A DNA stretch of 64,000 nucleotides, taken from the NCBI RefSeq assembly GCF_009914755.1, contig NC_060927.1. The stretch is one strand, 5' to 3'. Below the pieces are notes generated by a model. The model was not told where the DNA came from and ran no database searches. It was given only the letters and a program-made list of their open reading frames with translations. Positions 41,086 through 55,290 of this stretch are shown piece after piece. The position numbers and the translations under genes were made by a program. This DNA is from the human T2T-CHM13v2.0 reference genome, Homo sapiens. Positions within the stretch are counted from its first letter, which is position 1, and each line of letters begins with the position of its first letter.

Positions 41086-41485
41086 TGTATCAGTCAGCTA
41101 AGGCTGCCATAACAGAATGCCACAGACTGAGTGGCTTAAGCAATGAAATTTATTTCTTACAGTTCTGGCAGCTAGAAGTCTAAGATCAAGGTGCCAACAG
41201 GATTGGTTTCTAGTGAGGCGCCTCTTTCTGTCTTGCAGGTGGCCCCCTCCTTGCTGTATTCTCATATGGTCTTGCCTCTGTATGCACAGAGAGGGCTCTC
41301 TGGTGTCTCTTCCTGTTCTGGTAAGAATAGCAGTCCTATTGGATTAGGGCCCCACTATTATGACCTCATTTAACCTTTATCACTTCCTTAAAGACCCTGT
41401 CTCCAAATATAGTCACATAGTATGTGGGGAGGCATTAGGACTTCAACCTATGACTTTGGGAAGTTGTACAATTGAGTCCATTTCA
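41086..41485 (-). mobile_element. MLT1A/B-type MaLR solo LTR
   Basis: ggctgccataacagaatgccacagactg...aagtctaagatcaaggtg...ggattagggcccc. 5-bp TSD CCTAT at 41081-41085 and 41486-41490. Confidence 0.85.
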
Positions 41486-42065
41486 CCTATGCATTTGAGT
41501 TTAGTCTTTAAGTATCCAAAAATGTAGGAAATTAGTAAAATTTTTCCAGTGACAAGAAGCAAAAAAAAGTCAAAATCATTTGAGAAAGTACTATGAAATC
41601 ATCTAGTTCTTTGAATCTTTTCTCAGGGAACGCCAGTGAAGAACATTTCTCCCTATAGTTCAAAGAATTATGAAATAAGGCATATGCATTAGAGATGGGC
41701 TACGGGGAGAGAGAATGAGTAGTTCTGCTGAACTGATTAGCTTTCTTGTTAAGTAAGTGAAAAGCATGTTAATTTCATTTATTGCTTATAAAGTGCACAA
41801 AAAATCAGACTTGCTGTATAAACCCTTCTCTTTCTGATAACAGCCATGGGTTGACTGTGTAGAAGGGCAATTAAGGAGAAATGATGAATCATTGCCTGTG
41901 GCCAACACACTATCCAAACTGATAAAGTTTTGCAAAAACGGACTTCACACATATTGAAGATGATTTGATTCCTGATGAGAAGGAATCAGAAAATAGGTAA
42001 TTTTTTGAGATCTCTTGGGAATTCTCAAGTGCTACAGAAAGAGCAAGGGTACCCAGCATTACAAA

Positions 42066-42372
42066 GAAGTGGGGCCCTAATCTGATACGACTGGTAGTCT
42101 TGTAAGAGTTGGAAGACAGATCTCTCTTTTTCTCTATCCCCCACCTCCACCCCCATCTTCTACTGCCAGCTTTTGGCTCACAAAGAAGAGGTTGTGTAAG
42201 TACACGGTAAGAAGGTGGCCATCTACAAACCAGGAAGAGAGCCATCACCTAGAACCAAATCAGCCGGGGCCTTGATCATGGACTTCCCAGCCTCAAGAAC
42301 TATGAGAAATAAACTGTTGTTGTTTAAGTCAACTAGACTGTGGTGTTATGGCATACTGAGATGACTAATGCA
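42066..42372 (+). mobile_element. MLT1A-type MaLR LTR (5'-truncated)
   Basis: gggccctaatctgat...aggtggccatctacaaaccagg...ggacttcccagcctc.agaactatgagaaataaa...gactaatgca. Confidence 0.8.
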
Positions 42373-44458
42373 TATTTATGTCCAGCAGTGAAATTGCTGG
42401 GTCATATAGTAATTCTATGCTCAACATTTTGAGTAACTGCTGAACTATTTTCCAAAGTGACTGTGCTTTTCACATTCCCACCAGCTAAGTATGGAGGTTC
42501 TGATTTCCCCACATTCTTGCCAGTACTTGTTATTGTCTATCTTTTAAATTTTTGCTATTCTAATGGGTGTGAAGTGGTATCTCATTGTTGTTTTGATTTG
42601 TATTTCCCTAATGACTAATGATGTTGAACATGTTTTTATATTCTTATTCAATATTTATATGTCTTTGAAGAAATGTCTATTCAAATTCATTGCCCATTTT
42701 AAAATTGAGGCTTTTTTATTGTTGAATTGTAACAGTTATTTATATTCTGGATTTTAATTCCTTATTGCATATATAATTTGCAATTTTTTCCCCATTGTGT
42801 GTTATCTTTCACCACTTTGTCCTTTGAAGCACAAACATTTTAATTTTGATGAAGTCTAAATTGCTTTATTTTTCTTCCTGTTGTTTGTGTAGTTTGCATC
42901 AGATCTAAGAAATCTTTGCCTAATCCAAGGTCACAAAGGCTTACTCTTGCAAGAGTTTTAGCTCTTTATAAAGTTTTAGCTCTTACCTTTTAGGTCAGTG
43001 ATTGATTTTGAGTTAATATTTTTATATGATGTGAGCTCTAGGTCCAACTTTATCTTTTTGAATATGGATATTCAATTGTCCCATCACTATTTATTGAAAA
43101 TAATTTTTTTCCTCATTGAATTGTCCTGACACCTTCATCAAAAAGAAATTTACCATAAATGTTAGGGTTAATTTTTGAACTCTCAATTCTATTCCATTGA
43201 TCAATATGTGTATCCTTATGCCAGTGTCATACTGTCCTGATTAGTATAGTTTTGTAATGAGTTTTGAAATCAGAAAATATTAGTCTTCCAACTTTGTATA
43301 TTTTCCAAGATGTTTTTGGCTATTTGGGTCTCTTGGATTTCCATATGAATTCTATGATCAACTTGTCAGTTTCTGCAAAAATAACAACTGATTATTTGAT
43401 AGGACTTGTATTAAATCTGTAGATCAGTCTAAGGAGTATTGCCATCTTAAGTTTTCTGATCCATGAGTATGGGATGCATTTCAATCTATTTAGGTCTTTT
43501 TTACTTTTTCTTTTTTAAAAACAATGTTGTATAGTTTTCATGAGGAGGCTTATGCTTTTTTTGTTAAATTTATTCCTATGTATATATTTTTTGATGTTTC
43601 TGTAAATGGAGTTGTTTTATTTATTTCAATTTTGGATTGCTCTTTGCTAGTGTATAGGAATATAGTTGATTTTTATATATTGATCTTGTAAACTGCAACC
43701 TAGCTGAACTTATTTGTTCTAATAGCTAAAAAAAACACCTTCTATAGACAAAGTCATATCACTTGTGTATAGAGATAGTTTTACTTCTTCCTTTCCAATC
43801 TGGATGTCCTTTATTTTTCTTGCCTAATTGCCTGGGTTGAAACATCTAGTATAATGTTGAACATCAGTGGTGAAAATGATTTCCTTGTCTTGTGCTGGAT
43901 TTTCAGGGAGAAAGGTTTCAGTCTTTCACCAATGAGTATGATTCTAGCTGTGAGCTTTTATGTACATGATCTTTACAATGTTGACGTTTCCATCTGTTCC
44001 TAATTTTTAATTTTTTTCTGTGGGAGTGTTGGATTTTGTCAAATGCTTTTTTTCTGCATTTATTGAGAAGGTCATGCTTTAATAATTTGTTCTACTTAAT
44101 ATGGCGTATTGCATTGACTGATTTTTCATATGTTGAGCCAACCTTGAATTCTTGGGATAAATCCCTTGGACATGGTGTGTAATTGTTTTGATATGTGGCT
44201 GAATTAAGTTTGCTAGTATTTGTTAAACATGTTTGCATATATATATTCAGAAGAGATTTTGGTCTGTAGTTTTCTTATCTTTTGTCTGTTTTTGATATCA
44301 GAGTAATACTGGCTTCATAAAATGAATTATGAAGCATTATCTCCCCCTCACTTTTTTGGAGGGGGAAGAGTTTGTGAGGTATTTTTGTTAATTCTTACAT
44401 GTTTGGTAGAACTCACCAGTGAAGTCATCTGTTCCTGACATTTATTTGCGGGATTTTA

Positions 44459-44780
44459 TTTTTATTTATTTTATTTATTTATTTATTTTTGTTGTTGTTG
44501 AGACGGAGTCTTGCTCTGTCGCCCAGGATGGAGTGCCGTGGCGCCATCTCAGCTCATTGCAAGCTCCGTCTCCTGGGTTCACACCATTCTCCTGCCTCAG
44601 CCTCCTAAGTAGCTGGGACTACAGGCTCCTGCCACCACGCCGGGCTAATTTTTTGTATTTTTAGTAGAGACAGGGTTCCACCGTGTTAGCCAGGATGGTC
44701 TCCATCTCCTGACCTCGTGATCCGCCTACCTCGGCCTCCCAAAGTGCTGGAATTACAGGTGTGAGCCACTGCGCCCAGCC
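44459..44780 (-). mobile_element. AluY
   Basis: gcaagctccg, acaccattctcc, cgtgttagccaggatgg. TSD tatttg(c/t)gggatttta. Confidence 0.95.
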
Positions 44781-45532
44781 TATTTGTGGGATTTTAAAAA
44801 TTACTGATGAAATCTCTTTATTTTTATACATCAATTTATATTTTCTATTTCTGCTTGACTCAGTTTCAGGAGCTTGTGTCCAATTCATTGAGGTTATTTA
44901 TTGGCATGCAACAGTTCATAGTATTCTGTTCTATTTTAAAATTTCTGTAAGATCAATAGTAACAACATTTTCATTCTTGTTTATAGTAACTTGTCTCTTC
45001 TCTTTTTCTTGGAATTCTAGCTAAAGGTTTGCCAATTTGAAGGTCTTTTTAAAGAATTCACTTTTGATTTTATTGATTTTTTAAAAATATTATTGTATTC
45101 TCTATATATTTATTTCACCTCTAATATTTATTATTCCCTTCCTTCAGATTACTTTGTTTTTAGTTTGCTCTTTTTTTCTAGTTTCTCAAGGTGGAAGACT
45201 GTTATTGATTTCAGATCTTTCTTCTTTTTTAATATACATGTTTCAAGCAATAAATTTCCCTATAAGCACTGCTTTAGCAATATCCTAAACTTTTGGGATG
45301 TTGTGTTTTGTCTTCATTCATCACAAAGTATTTCAGTTTCCCTTGTGATTTCTTTTTTGACTTATCAATTATTTAGCAGGGCATTGTTTAATTTTTACAT
45401 ATTTGTGATTTTCACAAATTTCCTTCTGTTACTGATTTTTAATTTTATTTCACCGTGGCCAGAGAACATGCTGTATGATGTCAATCTTTTTAAATTTGCT
45501 AAGAGTTGTTCTATGGCTTAACATATGGTCTA

Positions 45533-45788
<256 letters not shown>

Positions 45789-46925
45789 AAAAAATGTGTA
45801 TTCACTGTTGCTGGGTGAAGTGAGATTTCCATTAGGCCACATTGATTTACAGTGTTGTTCAAGTCTACTATTTCTTTCTGCTTATTTATTACTGAAAATA
45901 GGGGTTTTAAGTCTTTATTACTGCTGAATTGTCTATTTCTCTTTAATTCGGGCAGTTTTTGCTTCGTATATTTTGGAGCTCTGTTATGTGCATATATACT
46001 TATAAGTATATTCCTCATGGATTGGATGGATTGACCTTTTTGTCATTGTAAAATATCTCCTTTGAAATTTTTGTCTTAAAGTCTATTTTGTCTAATATTA
46101 GTGTAGCTACTTCAGATCTCTTTGGTTATTGTTTGTGTATGTTTTATGTATTTTTTCTTCCAAACGTATTTGTGCCTTTAAATGTAAAGTATGTGAGTGT
46201 GCCACTTGTAGGTAGGATATATTAAGGCTATCCTACTAGTTTCTATTTTTTGATAGGTGAGTTAACCATTTCCATTTAATATAATTACTGATGAGATAAG
46301 AGTTAAGTCTGCTATTTTACCTTTTTTTCTATGTCTTTTTTTGGCTTATCCTTTCATTACTGTCATCTTTAGTGTTAAACAGATATTTTAAAATGTATTA
46401 TTTAAGTTTTATAGTTATTTCTTTTATATTTGATTAATTTTCATAGTGGTTGCTCTGGGGATTACAATGAACACATTATAAAAATCTAGTTTGGCTTATT
46501 ATCAATTTAATAGTATGCAAAAATTTTGCTCCTGTGTAGCTCTGAGGTTTCCCTTATTCTTGGTGCTTGTAATACAAAGTATATCTTTATACATTAATTA
46601 TTGCTTCATGCAGTTGTCTTTTAAATCAAATAGGATAAGGCAGTAGTTACAAACAAAAAGGTTTACAAAGAATGGAAACAAAATAAGACTGAAGCAGATG
46701 TGGGAGAATATATGTGGGAAAATAAATCCTTGGGATAAAAAATCCTGGAAACATTTCTCCAAATTAAAGCTGCTAAGAAAAATTTGAAAGTAAAGGAGGA
46801 GTAGGTTAGATCTACTAGTAATGAGTTCTCTCATATTTCGTTTATCTGGGAATGCCTTAATTTCACCTTAGGTTTTGAAAGATGGTTTTGCTAGACATAG
46901 AATTCTTGGTCAATTATCTTTTTCT

Positions 46926-47262
<337 letters not shown>

Positions 47263-47378
47263 TTACAGTCTTCTGTTTTTAATAGTTCTCATGGGAAATC
47301 CGCTGTTGATCATATCAAAGATCCCGTGTATGTGATGAGTTGCTTCTTTTGTTTTCAAGATTCTGTCTTCAGCTTTCT

Positions 47379-47511
47379 TTTTTTTTTTTTTTGGATTTAT
47401 TTTTTTATTTTTATTTTTTTATTGTACTTTAAGTTTTAGGGTACATCTGCACATTGTGCAGGTTAGTTACATATGTATACATGTGACATGCTGGTGCACT
47501 GCACCCACTAA
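47379..47511 (-). mobile_element. Tiny 5'-truncated young L1 (L1PA2/3-like) 3' end
   Basis: T-rich tail plus tactttaagttttagggtacat.tgcacattgtgcaggttagttac...cacccactaa. 12-bp TSD cttcagctttct at 47367-47378 and 47512-47523. Confidence 0.9.
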
Positions 47512-49320
47512 CTTCAGCTTTCTACAGTTAGATTACAATGATTCTAAATGTGCATCTCTTTATATTTATCCTACTCTGTAGATCTCTTTATGTTGATCCT
47601 AGTTGTATTTTTAAAGTTTGAATATATAAATTTTTTTTCCATAAATTTGGGAAATTTTCAGTGGTTATTTCTTCAAATATTATTTCTATTTCTGTTCCCT
47701 TTCTCCTCTTTTTCAGATATTCCCATTATTCATATGTTGGTATGCTTGATGATATCTCAAAGATTTCTGAGTCTCTGTTCATTTTTCTCTTTTTTCCTCC
47801 TCAGGATAGATAATCTCAATTATTCAATTTTATAACTTCTTAATTCTTTATTCTGCCAGCTCAAATCTGCGGTCAAGCTCCTTTAGGAAATTTTAAATTT
47901 CAGTTACTACACTTTTCAACTCTGGGATCTCTATTTGATTCTTTAAAAAAAACTATATCTCTTTATTCTCTATTTGGTAAGACGTCATTTTCATACTTTC
48001 CTTTAGATACTTAGACATGGTTTCCTTTAGTTCTGTGAAATATTTAAAATAGCTGATCTAAATTCCTTATCTAGTAAGTCCAATGTCTGAGTTACCTCAG
48101 GGACAGTTTCTATGGACTGCCTTCCTCCCACCCCCATGCGTGGGCCACACTTTCCTATTTCTTTGTGTGTCACGTACATTTTATTAGAAGTTGAACACTT
48201 TAAATAATGTGGCAACTTTGGAAATTAGATTCCTTCCCACTCCAAGGCTTGCTGTTCTTGTTTGTGTCGTGACTTTCCTGAAATAATATATAAAGTTCGT
48301 ATTGTTTTGTGTGGCTCCTGATGTCTTTTTGTTTAGCTTGGTGGTCAGCTAATAATTAGGCAGTGAAAGGTTTCCTTAAATGTCTTGAACCAATAAGTTT
48401 TTGAGACTTTGCTAAATGGCTTTGTGTGTATATGTGCTGAGGCATGTTTTTAACTCCAGAAGGCAGTTCATATTCTTTATTAATCATCTTTACTTCCTGC
48501 TTGCACAGAGCCTCAAGTTCATCCAGAGGTGAGAGATTAAAACTTCTCAATTCTTTCCTGGGCATGTGCACAGTTTTGCATATGTATATTGCCCTCTGTT
48601 TCCCAGGAGGTATGGTGGAGCTTTTCAAAGCGTCCAAAGAACATCTCATTCTCCAGCTTTTCCTTTTAAACTTTTTGGTCAGCTTCTTGTTTTGGTCAGC
48701 TGTTATTCTCACCCCAGTCAGATGCAATGTTAAACACTTGCCACTGATTGTTTTGCACAGATACCCTAGGGAAAATTATATTTACACTAAGCAAGTTCTG
48801 AGATCAAATCAAGGTAAGCCATGTAAGTGAGGGTTAAAGACATTTAAGGACCTGCTAGACAGGTCAAATAATGACAGTTATCTGGGAATGGGGCTTTTCG
48901 GGAGAACTCCAAAGCAGTTTTGCCTTCTCCAGTGACTGCTAGGTTGTTGATTTTCCTGGCTACTATGTTTATGAGGCTGTTGGTTTTCATGCTAGGGAGC
49001 TGTGGAGAAGGGGAATGGGGATAGGGCAGAATAAGATACCTCAAAGCTCACATTAAAAAAAACAAGATTCAGCTATTTTTCTTGGATAAATCCACCTTGA
49101 ATTGCTGCAAGCCTTTGGTTAGTTTTTTGAGTTCTCAAAATGTTGATTTTTTTGATAATTTTTTCAGTGTTCTCATTGCTTTTATTGAGGAATCAGTTTT
49201 GGAGGACTTTCCTCAGCAATTTTAGAATTTCTCTCCTCCAAAGTTAACCAGATTTGGGGGAAGGGGGTGGGAAGTGTGTTCTAGGCTGAGGCAAGAGTTA
49301 TTTGCAAAGGCTTGGTGATG

Positions 49321-49752
49321 GTGTGCTGGAAATTCTGTTTTGATACTCAGCTTTGTTCCTGCTCATTTTAGTGTTCCCTTGAAGAGCAATGACTAGAAGC
49401 CTAGAAACTTCATTTCCCAGACCTCCTTGCCAGCAGGATTCTACTATGTGGGATTTGAAATACAGAAGAGAAGAAGCAGCTATTTCTCTTTAGCAGTTAC
49501 TGTGGACAGGGCATAGATGTGGACGTGCTAGAGATGAGAGGTTTGCCAGCAGATTCCAGTGTTCTCCTGAGAATCACTCATTCTGCATTGAAAGCAGCTG
49601 ATAATCAGGAACAGTATTTTTGTGATCCTTCCACTTTCTGACCTTTGATTTGACCTTTTCCCTGACCTTTGATTCCCCAGCTCTTCAAAACTTTGTTTCT
49701 AGTTTTCTGTATTAAGTATTTTTCTGCTAAAAATATCTAGACTTCTGTTTTT
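49321..49752 (+). mobile_element. ERVL LTR (LTR33/LTR41-like)
   Basis: tgtgctggaaattctg...catttcccagacctccttgccagc...ttctgctaaaaatatctagacttctgttttt. Confidence 0.5.
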
Positions 49753-52700
49753 CTTATAAATGGTTGAATGATATTGATATGAAGAGGCTTAATGAGTTCA
49801 TTGAACTGAAAGGAAGCCAGTGTGGCTGAAATTTTGAGAATATGGGAAGAGAGTTGTGAAGTCTGATTGAAGGGTGCCAAAATCCAATGATACACGATGC
49901 AGTTGGGTTCATAATTAAGTGAAGTCTGGAGAGATGGAGTGTGCGAGGCAAATTGGAGAGCATGCATCCCATCTAAAGATGACTCCAAATTTTTCAAGGG
50001 CAATGAGAAATCCAAATTTTTATGTCAAATCAGCCACATGTAAATATTGGGCGTATATTTGATTTTAAAACACAATGTATTAGCTCAAATCATATCAGTG
50101 TTTTATTCTGTTGGTTGCCAGTTTTTGCATACTGGCATCTGAAGCAAAGTCTTTTAGGATGTTTTCCTTCTTTTTAAAATTGCTGCTCTTTATCTCTCTT
50201 ATTCCTACATTTCACTCCTCCTACTTATTGTTGCTTTTACTACCTTCTCTATCCGCTGTATCAGTTTCTAAACTCAGCCTAAAATAACAGAAGTTGAAAG
50301 GGGAGGAGATTCAGTGGAGTGTGATTTGAAGAAAAAAACCAATATTCATTTCTACCCATTAGCCCTGCTTTGAGGAATAGAGACTAATTTTAATATCTAC
50401 TTAACTATTTCTTCATTAAAAGAGTATTTAAGAAGTTGTTTCACCAAGACTATATAATAAAGGTGATTTGCGTCATATTTAATTCTTGCCCTATGTCTTT
50501 AGGCAGTAACATAATGGAATTTTATTTTGGAGATGATAAAATATGAATATTTTACAATACTGCTTATATTGCTGAAAATATTATGTTTAACATTCTTAAA
50601 TGGCTGCTGAAAGACTATAGCCATTGAAAAGTAGAATTTCATGCAATTAAAGAAGACATGTGGACATTTCTGGAGGGACAGTGAAAGCATAATGGAAGGA
50701 GCATGAGCTTTAGAGTTAGCAAGAGCTGGGTTTCAGCATTGCTCTGCTGTGTATAAGCTATGTGAACACTGGCAAGTTTCTTAGCTTCTCTGAGCTCCTG
50801 TAATATGTGGATAAGGAGTGAGAGAGGATTAATTAATTGCTTAGAAGTTTTCTGAGAGTCTCCTTTATGCCAGCTATTGCTTTAGACATAGTCTACTCAC
50901 ATAGAATTTACAGTCTAGCAGGGAAGACAGGTAAGAAATAAAAATTCTAAACAATTATTTCATTAACGTGATAGGTGTTATAGAGGAAAACGACAGCGTG
51001 CAAAGAGATCAAAACTAATGGGGAGTGGTTGTGCATGGCCATAGCCCAAAAATGTTTGAGTGAGCATGTGTATGAGAAAGTTAATATGAGTGTTTTGGTT
51101 AGATTCGGGAAAAGAGGTCTAAACAATGGCATGGCTTAAATTTCAGATTTCAAGAGGTTATTATTACTTAACATTGCTGCTGTCCTGATGGCAGTTTAAG
51201 AGTTCAGAGTTGATGCTGAGAAAATGATTTGGATGTGAGAGATATTGTCAAAAAATATTGTCTATTACCAGATGGCCTGGTAATAGACTCATTTTTAGTG
51301 TTGCCTCTGACCAGTCTGGTCCTTACTTCTCTATGCACAGTTGGTGATTAAGGGGATGTGTTAAAGTTCCTGATTAAGGTAGTCCCATTAAGTTCTCAGG
51401 TGAATTCAAGTCAACACAAATGAATGTGCTTAAGAGGAAGTAGTAGAAATTCTCCCCAGGTAGCTTAAGCCACAATAGGGAATCTTTTATAAGGTCTACA
51501 CATCCTAATCACGGGGATGGTGGCCAAGCCTTAGGAGGGACTGAAAACAGGTCCTAGAAAGGCATCAATAGCTGATGCAGCTTCTCCTGCTCCTCTCTCC
51601 ACACTCCCCCTTCTCTGCTTTGTTCTCTTCTCATAGCAGAGTTTCTTTCTCTGCTTCTCTGACTCCAGTTACAGGAGGTTCTAGCCAACTGCAGACAGTA
51701 GTTAATTGATCTCTCTCAGAAGGGAGAGTCTAATCAGTCCTGCTTTGATTAGGTATTTCCCCACATCTAATCCAAACTGGCTGGGTGGGATCACATAGCA
51801 CCACACAGGCCCTCCACCTCAGGAGTAACTTCTGGGGTTTATTCATCAGGTTAGTGGGAATAAAAACCATTCATACTTTATTAGGAAAGTTATGAAGATT
51901 ATATGCAATAATACATTTCAATCATTTTAGCTTAGTGCTTGGCACATAGTAATCAGTGAATAAATATGAGCTATTAGTATTGTTATTGTAGCTATTTGTC
52001 ATATTATTTCAATATTTGTTTGCTCAGAGTCATTGAAACCATTTCAGGAAAGTTAGAATAAAGAAAAAGGCTTATTCTGGAACCAATGCTTAAGCAAGTT
52101 TGGGAGTATGTGTCTGAATGTATCCTCATTAGAGAAGTATCTATCAGTCTTGGAAACAAGGCTCATAAAATTAAATTTGCTATACTCTTTTCTTTATCAT
52201 TCTATTGAAGCAAACCAGATGGCAAGAAGGCAAGTAAGAAAGCTTATCATTACCAAGTTAGCTGCTTAGACGTTGCTCAACTTCTAATGAATAAAATAGG
52301 TATTAATAGTAATATAATCGTTGGTACCAGTTGAAGTTTGCAGTTATTAAAGCAGTAATAAAAAGAAAGTCATAGCCATTACATGATTTTCCCACATTTT
52401 AATAGGCATTGCCTCTGAATAATTAAGGCATGCCCATTAAATTCTCAGATGAATAAAGTTAATGTAAGTGAACATTAAGTCAATACACTGGCTGAGAATA
52501 CTTTTTTTTAAGAAAAATTTCTCTTATTTTCTCAAGTTTTTGGCTGCTGGAAAAAACTGAGTTATAAAGTCAGTCTACTATGGTAAAAAGTTCTGACAAA
52601 TCTTTAGTATTTCCATATAAACATTAAAAATGGATAAAATTATCTTTTGGCAATTAAGCAAAAGTAGTTTTTGATTTTCTTCGTGCCAAGATGGTTGTGA

Positions 52701-52759
52701 TTTGGGTCAATTCGGCAAGCTTGTGTTAATCCGGTGTGGTGTCTTTTCAATGCCCTTGT

Positions 52760-53050
52760 ACTGGCTGTTCTGCTTGGGGCATTTTCCCTAGATATTTGCA
52801 TGGCTCCCCCACCCCTTTCTCACATCTTTGCTCAAATGTTACCTTCTCAATGACACCTACTCTAATCACCCTGTTAAAAATTTCCTTCTGCCAGAGCAGT
52901 ATTCCTAACCCCCTTCTCTTTTGTTCAATATTTTCCCATAGAACTTATAACATTCTAGCATGTTAGTTAACTTACTTATGATGTTTATTGTCTGTCTCCA
53001 TGATGTTCTTATCTGTTTTTACTGATGTATCTCCAGTGCCTTGAACCATG
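52760..53050 (+). mobile_element. L2a 3' end (continues briefly after the MER4 LTR)
   Basis: tctttgctcaaatgttaccttctcaatga...tgtttattgtctgtctcc...tgtatctccagtgcct. Confidence 0.75.
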
Positions 53051-53054
53051 TGAA

Positions 53055-53646
53055 TGTCAATCGAGAAAAATGACGAGACAAGTCTCAATCATTTTAGGAG
53101 GTTTATTTGCTAAGGTTAAGGACGGACTCAGGAGACAGGTCTATGCCTTTCTCCGAAGATGATTTTGAGCGCTCCAAATTTAAAGGGGAAAGGGCAGGAT
53201 ATTGAGAAGAACACAATTTTCATGTAAGAGGTGGGGTAGGGAAAATCGTCATTCATCCCTTTGGCTCAGTGAATCTGCTTTTTTTTTTTTTTTTTTTTTT
53301 CATAAGATGACACAGACAAATGGGGCAGAGGGAAAACGCATGGCAGGGGAACAATCAGATATGCATTTGTGTCAGGTGGGCAGAGGGGGTGACCTGTAAA
53401 TGTAAACTGTCAATTTACATTGCCATGGTGAAATTTTAACAGAAACACTTTACAGTAAAGATCTTGGAGCTCACTAGGAATTTCCTTCTGGGAAAAATGT
53501 GAGGGAGGTATGTAGCTTTTCATCTTGTAGCCATCTTATTTAGGAACCAAAAAAGCAGGAGGCAGGTTTGTGTGACCCAGTTCCCAGCTTAACTTTTCCC
53601 TTTGGCTTAATGAGTTTGGGGTCCCAATATTTAATTTCCTTTCACA
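53055..53646 (-). mobile_element. MER4A-type ERV1 solo LTR
   Basis: Reverse complement begins tgtgaaaggaaattaaatattgggaccccaaactcattaagccaaagggaaaagttaagctgggaactgggtcac. Confidence 0.85.
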
Positions 53647-54441
53647 CCAGACACAGAGTAGGCCTTCTAAAAATATCTAATGTCATAAACTATGTATATA
53701 AATGCCATACATATACATCTATATAAGTCAGTGGGGCTTCTATATTTTAATGTATGTTTTTATATACTATTTCTTTTTGAAGTTTCATCCTTCTATCTAT
53801 CCATCCATCCTATAAATATTTTCTGAGGACCTAATGCTTTTCCCTGGAGTTTTCTTTTCTGTGGGAAACAAAGAAAGGGAGACTACATTCATTCTTTACT
53901 GAGCTTATGATACAGTTGTGTCAAGAGACAGTAAAACATTTTCCATACAATAGACTCAGGGCTATTAAAGGAGCAGTACCAGATACCAAGGGAGAAGAGA
54001 GCAGAGGGTTGTGAAGCAGGGATAGGCTTCTTTGAATGGGGGGCCTGAATGAATGTTGGGTACGAGTCACCCCAGCAAAGGCGCATGTGAGGGGTATGGG
54101 GTAGACAGAATGTATGGCAGTTGTGTGACAGGGAGAAGAAAACATGCGCACAGGCCTAGAGGTAGGAGACATCAGACTGGAGTGGGAATGAGGAAACCTG
54201 TGAGAGCTACAAAGGCCATGACCTCAAACACCTTGTAAACCGTACTGAGGAATTTAGACTTGTCTTGAGTTGTTGGTCAATTTTAAGTGACAGGGAAAGA
54301 TGCAATGCAATTTCCATTGACGGTGGCTGCTCTATATTTATGTCTCATCCTCCATCTGTGAATGCCGAATATAATACTTGAGGTAATCATTGAAGTCAGA
54401 TTTGCCTACAAAAGCTGCCACCTGAATACCATTTTAGAGTA

Positions 54442-54676
54442 CAGCCATCCCGTGGTATATTTGGGGAATTGGTTCTAGGACCCCACGTTAACCACATCGA
54501 TACATATGCAGTCCCCCAGTGGGCCATGTGGAACGCTCATACATGAAAAATTGGTCCTCTGTAGAGGCAGGTTTTGCGTCCCAAGGATGCTGTGATTTAC
54601 ATCTGTGTTTGATTGAAAAAATTCACATATAAGAGGCCCTGTGCAGTTTAAACTCATGTTGTTCAAGGGCCAACTA
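54442..54676 (+). mobile_element. MER8 (Tigger-family MITE)
   Basis: TA|cagccatcccgtggtata..ggggaattggttctaggacccc...tgttgttcaagggccaacta|TA. Confidence 0.8.
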
Positions 54677-54689
54677 TATGTTCACTGTC

Positions 54690-55290
54690 TTGTGTGCCTA
54701 GAGTCCATTTCCTCCTCCTCTGGTTATAGAACCCAGTGTTTCCTTTGGGAGACTCTATTTAATCCATGCTTTCAGTCCTGGTTTCTTAGGTGGGGCTCTA
54801 CCTGTGATGCCAGAGGTTGAGCAGGTGTGCCTGACTCAACAGAGCACTAAATCATACCTCTGGCAATTGGTTTAGATAGGGGCATATGATGCAGGCCCAT
54901 CCAATCGATGTACATTCATGTTTATTTAGCTTCAGTAATTATATAAATATGGTCAATTTGGCTTAAAGTTTAATTCAGGGGTTATTGGGAGGAATAGCTC
55001 TTTTTTTCTGCTAGACTTGAACCTTGCGTGATGGTGGTTAGTAGCCGCTGGCAGCCGTCTTGGCACTGGAAGCCCTATACTGGAGCCAAGATGGAGAACA
55101 GCAGCTCTGCAAGATGGGGACACTGCATTTTGAGGGCATTATCTCCTAAATCATACTTTGCATAAAGCCAGGAAAAAAACTGCAATTTTCAAAAATATGA
55201 GTTTTTTTTTCTGCATTTTTTTGATTAAGCAGTTTGAGTTGGGGTTTTCTGTCTTTGCAGTGGTAAACATCTTGATTAATCTAAACTGCA
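54690..55290 (+). mobile_element. MLT1K/L-type MaLR LTR
   Basis: ccatttcctcctcctctggttatagaacccag...ggcatatgatgc...gctggcagccgtcttg...ttaagcagtttgagttggggttttctgtc. Confidence 0.6.
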
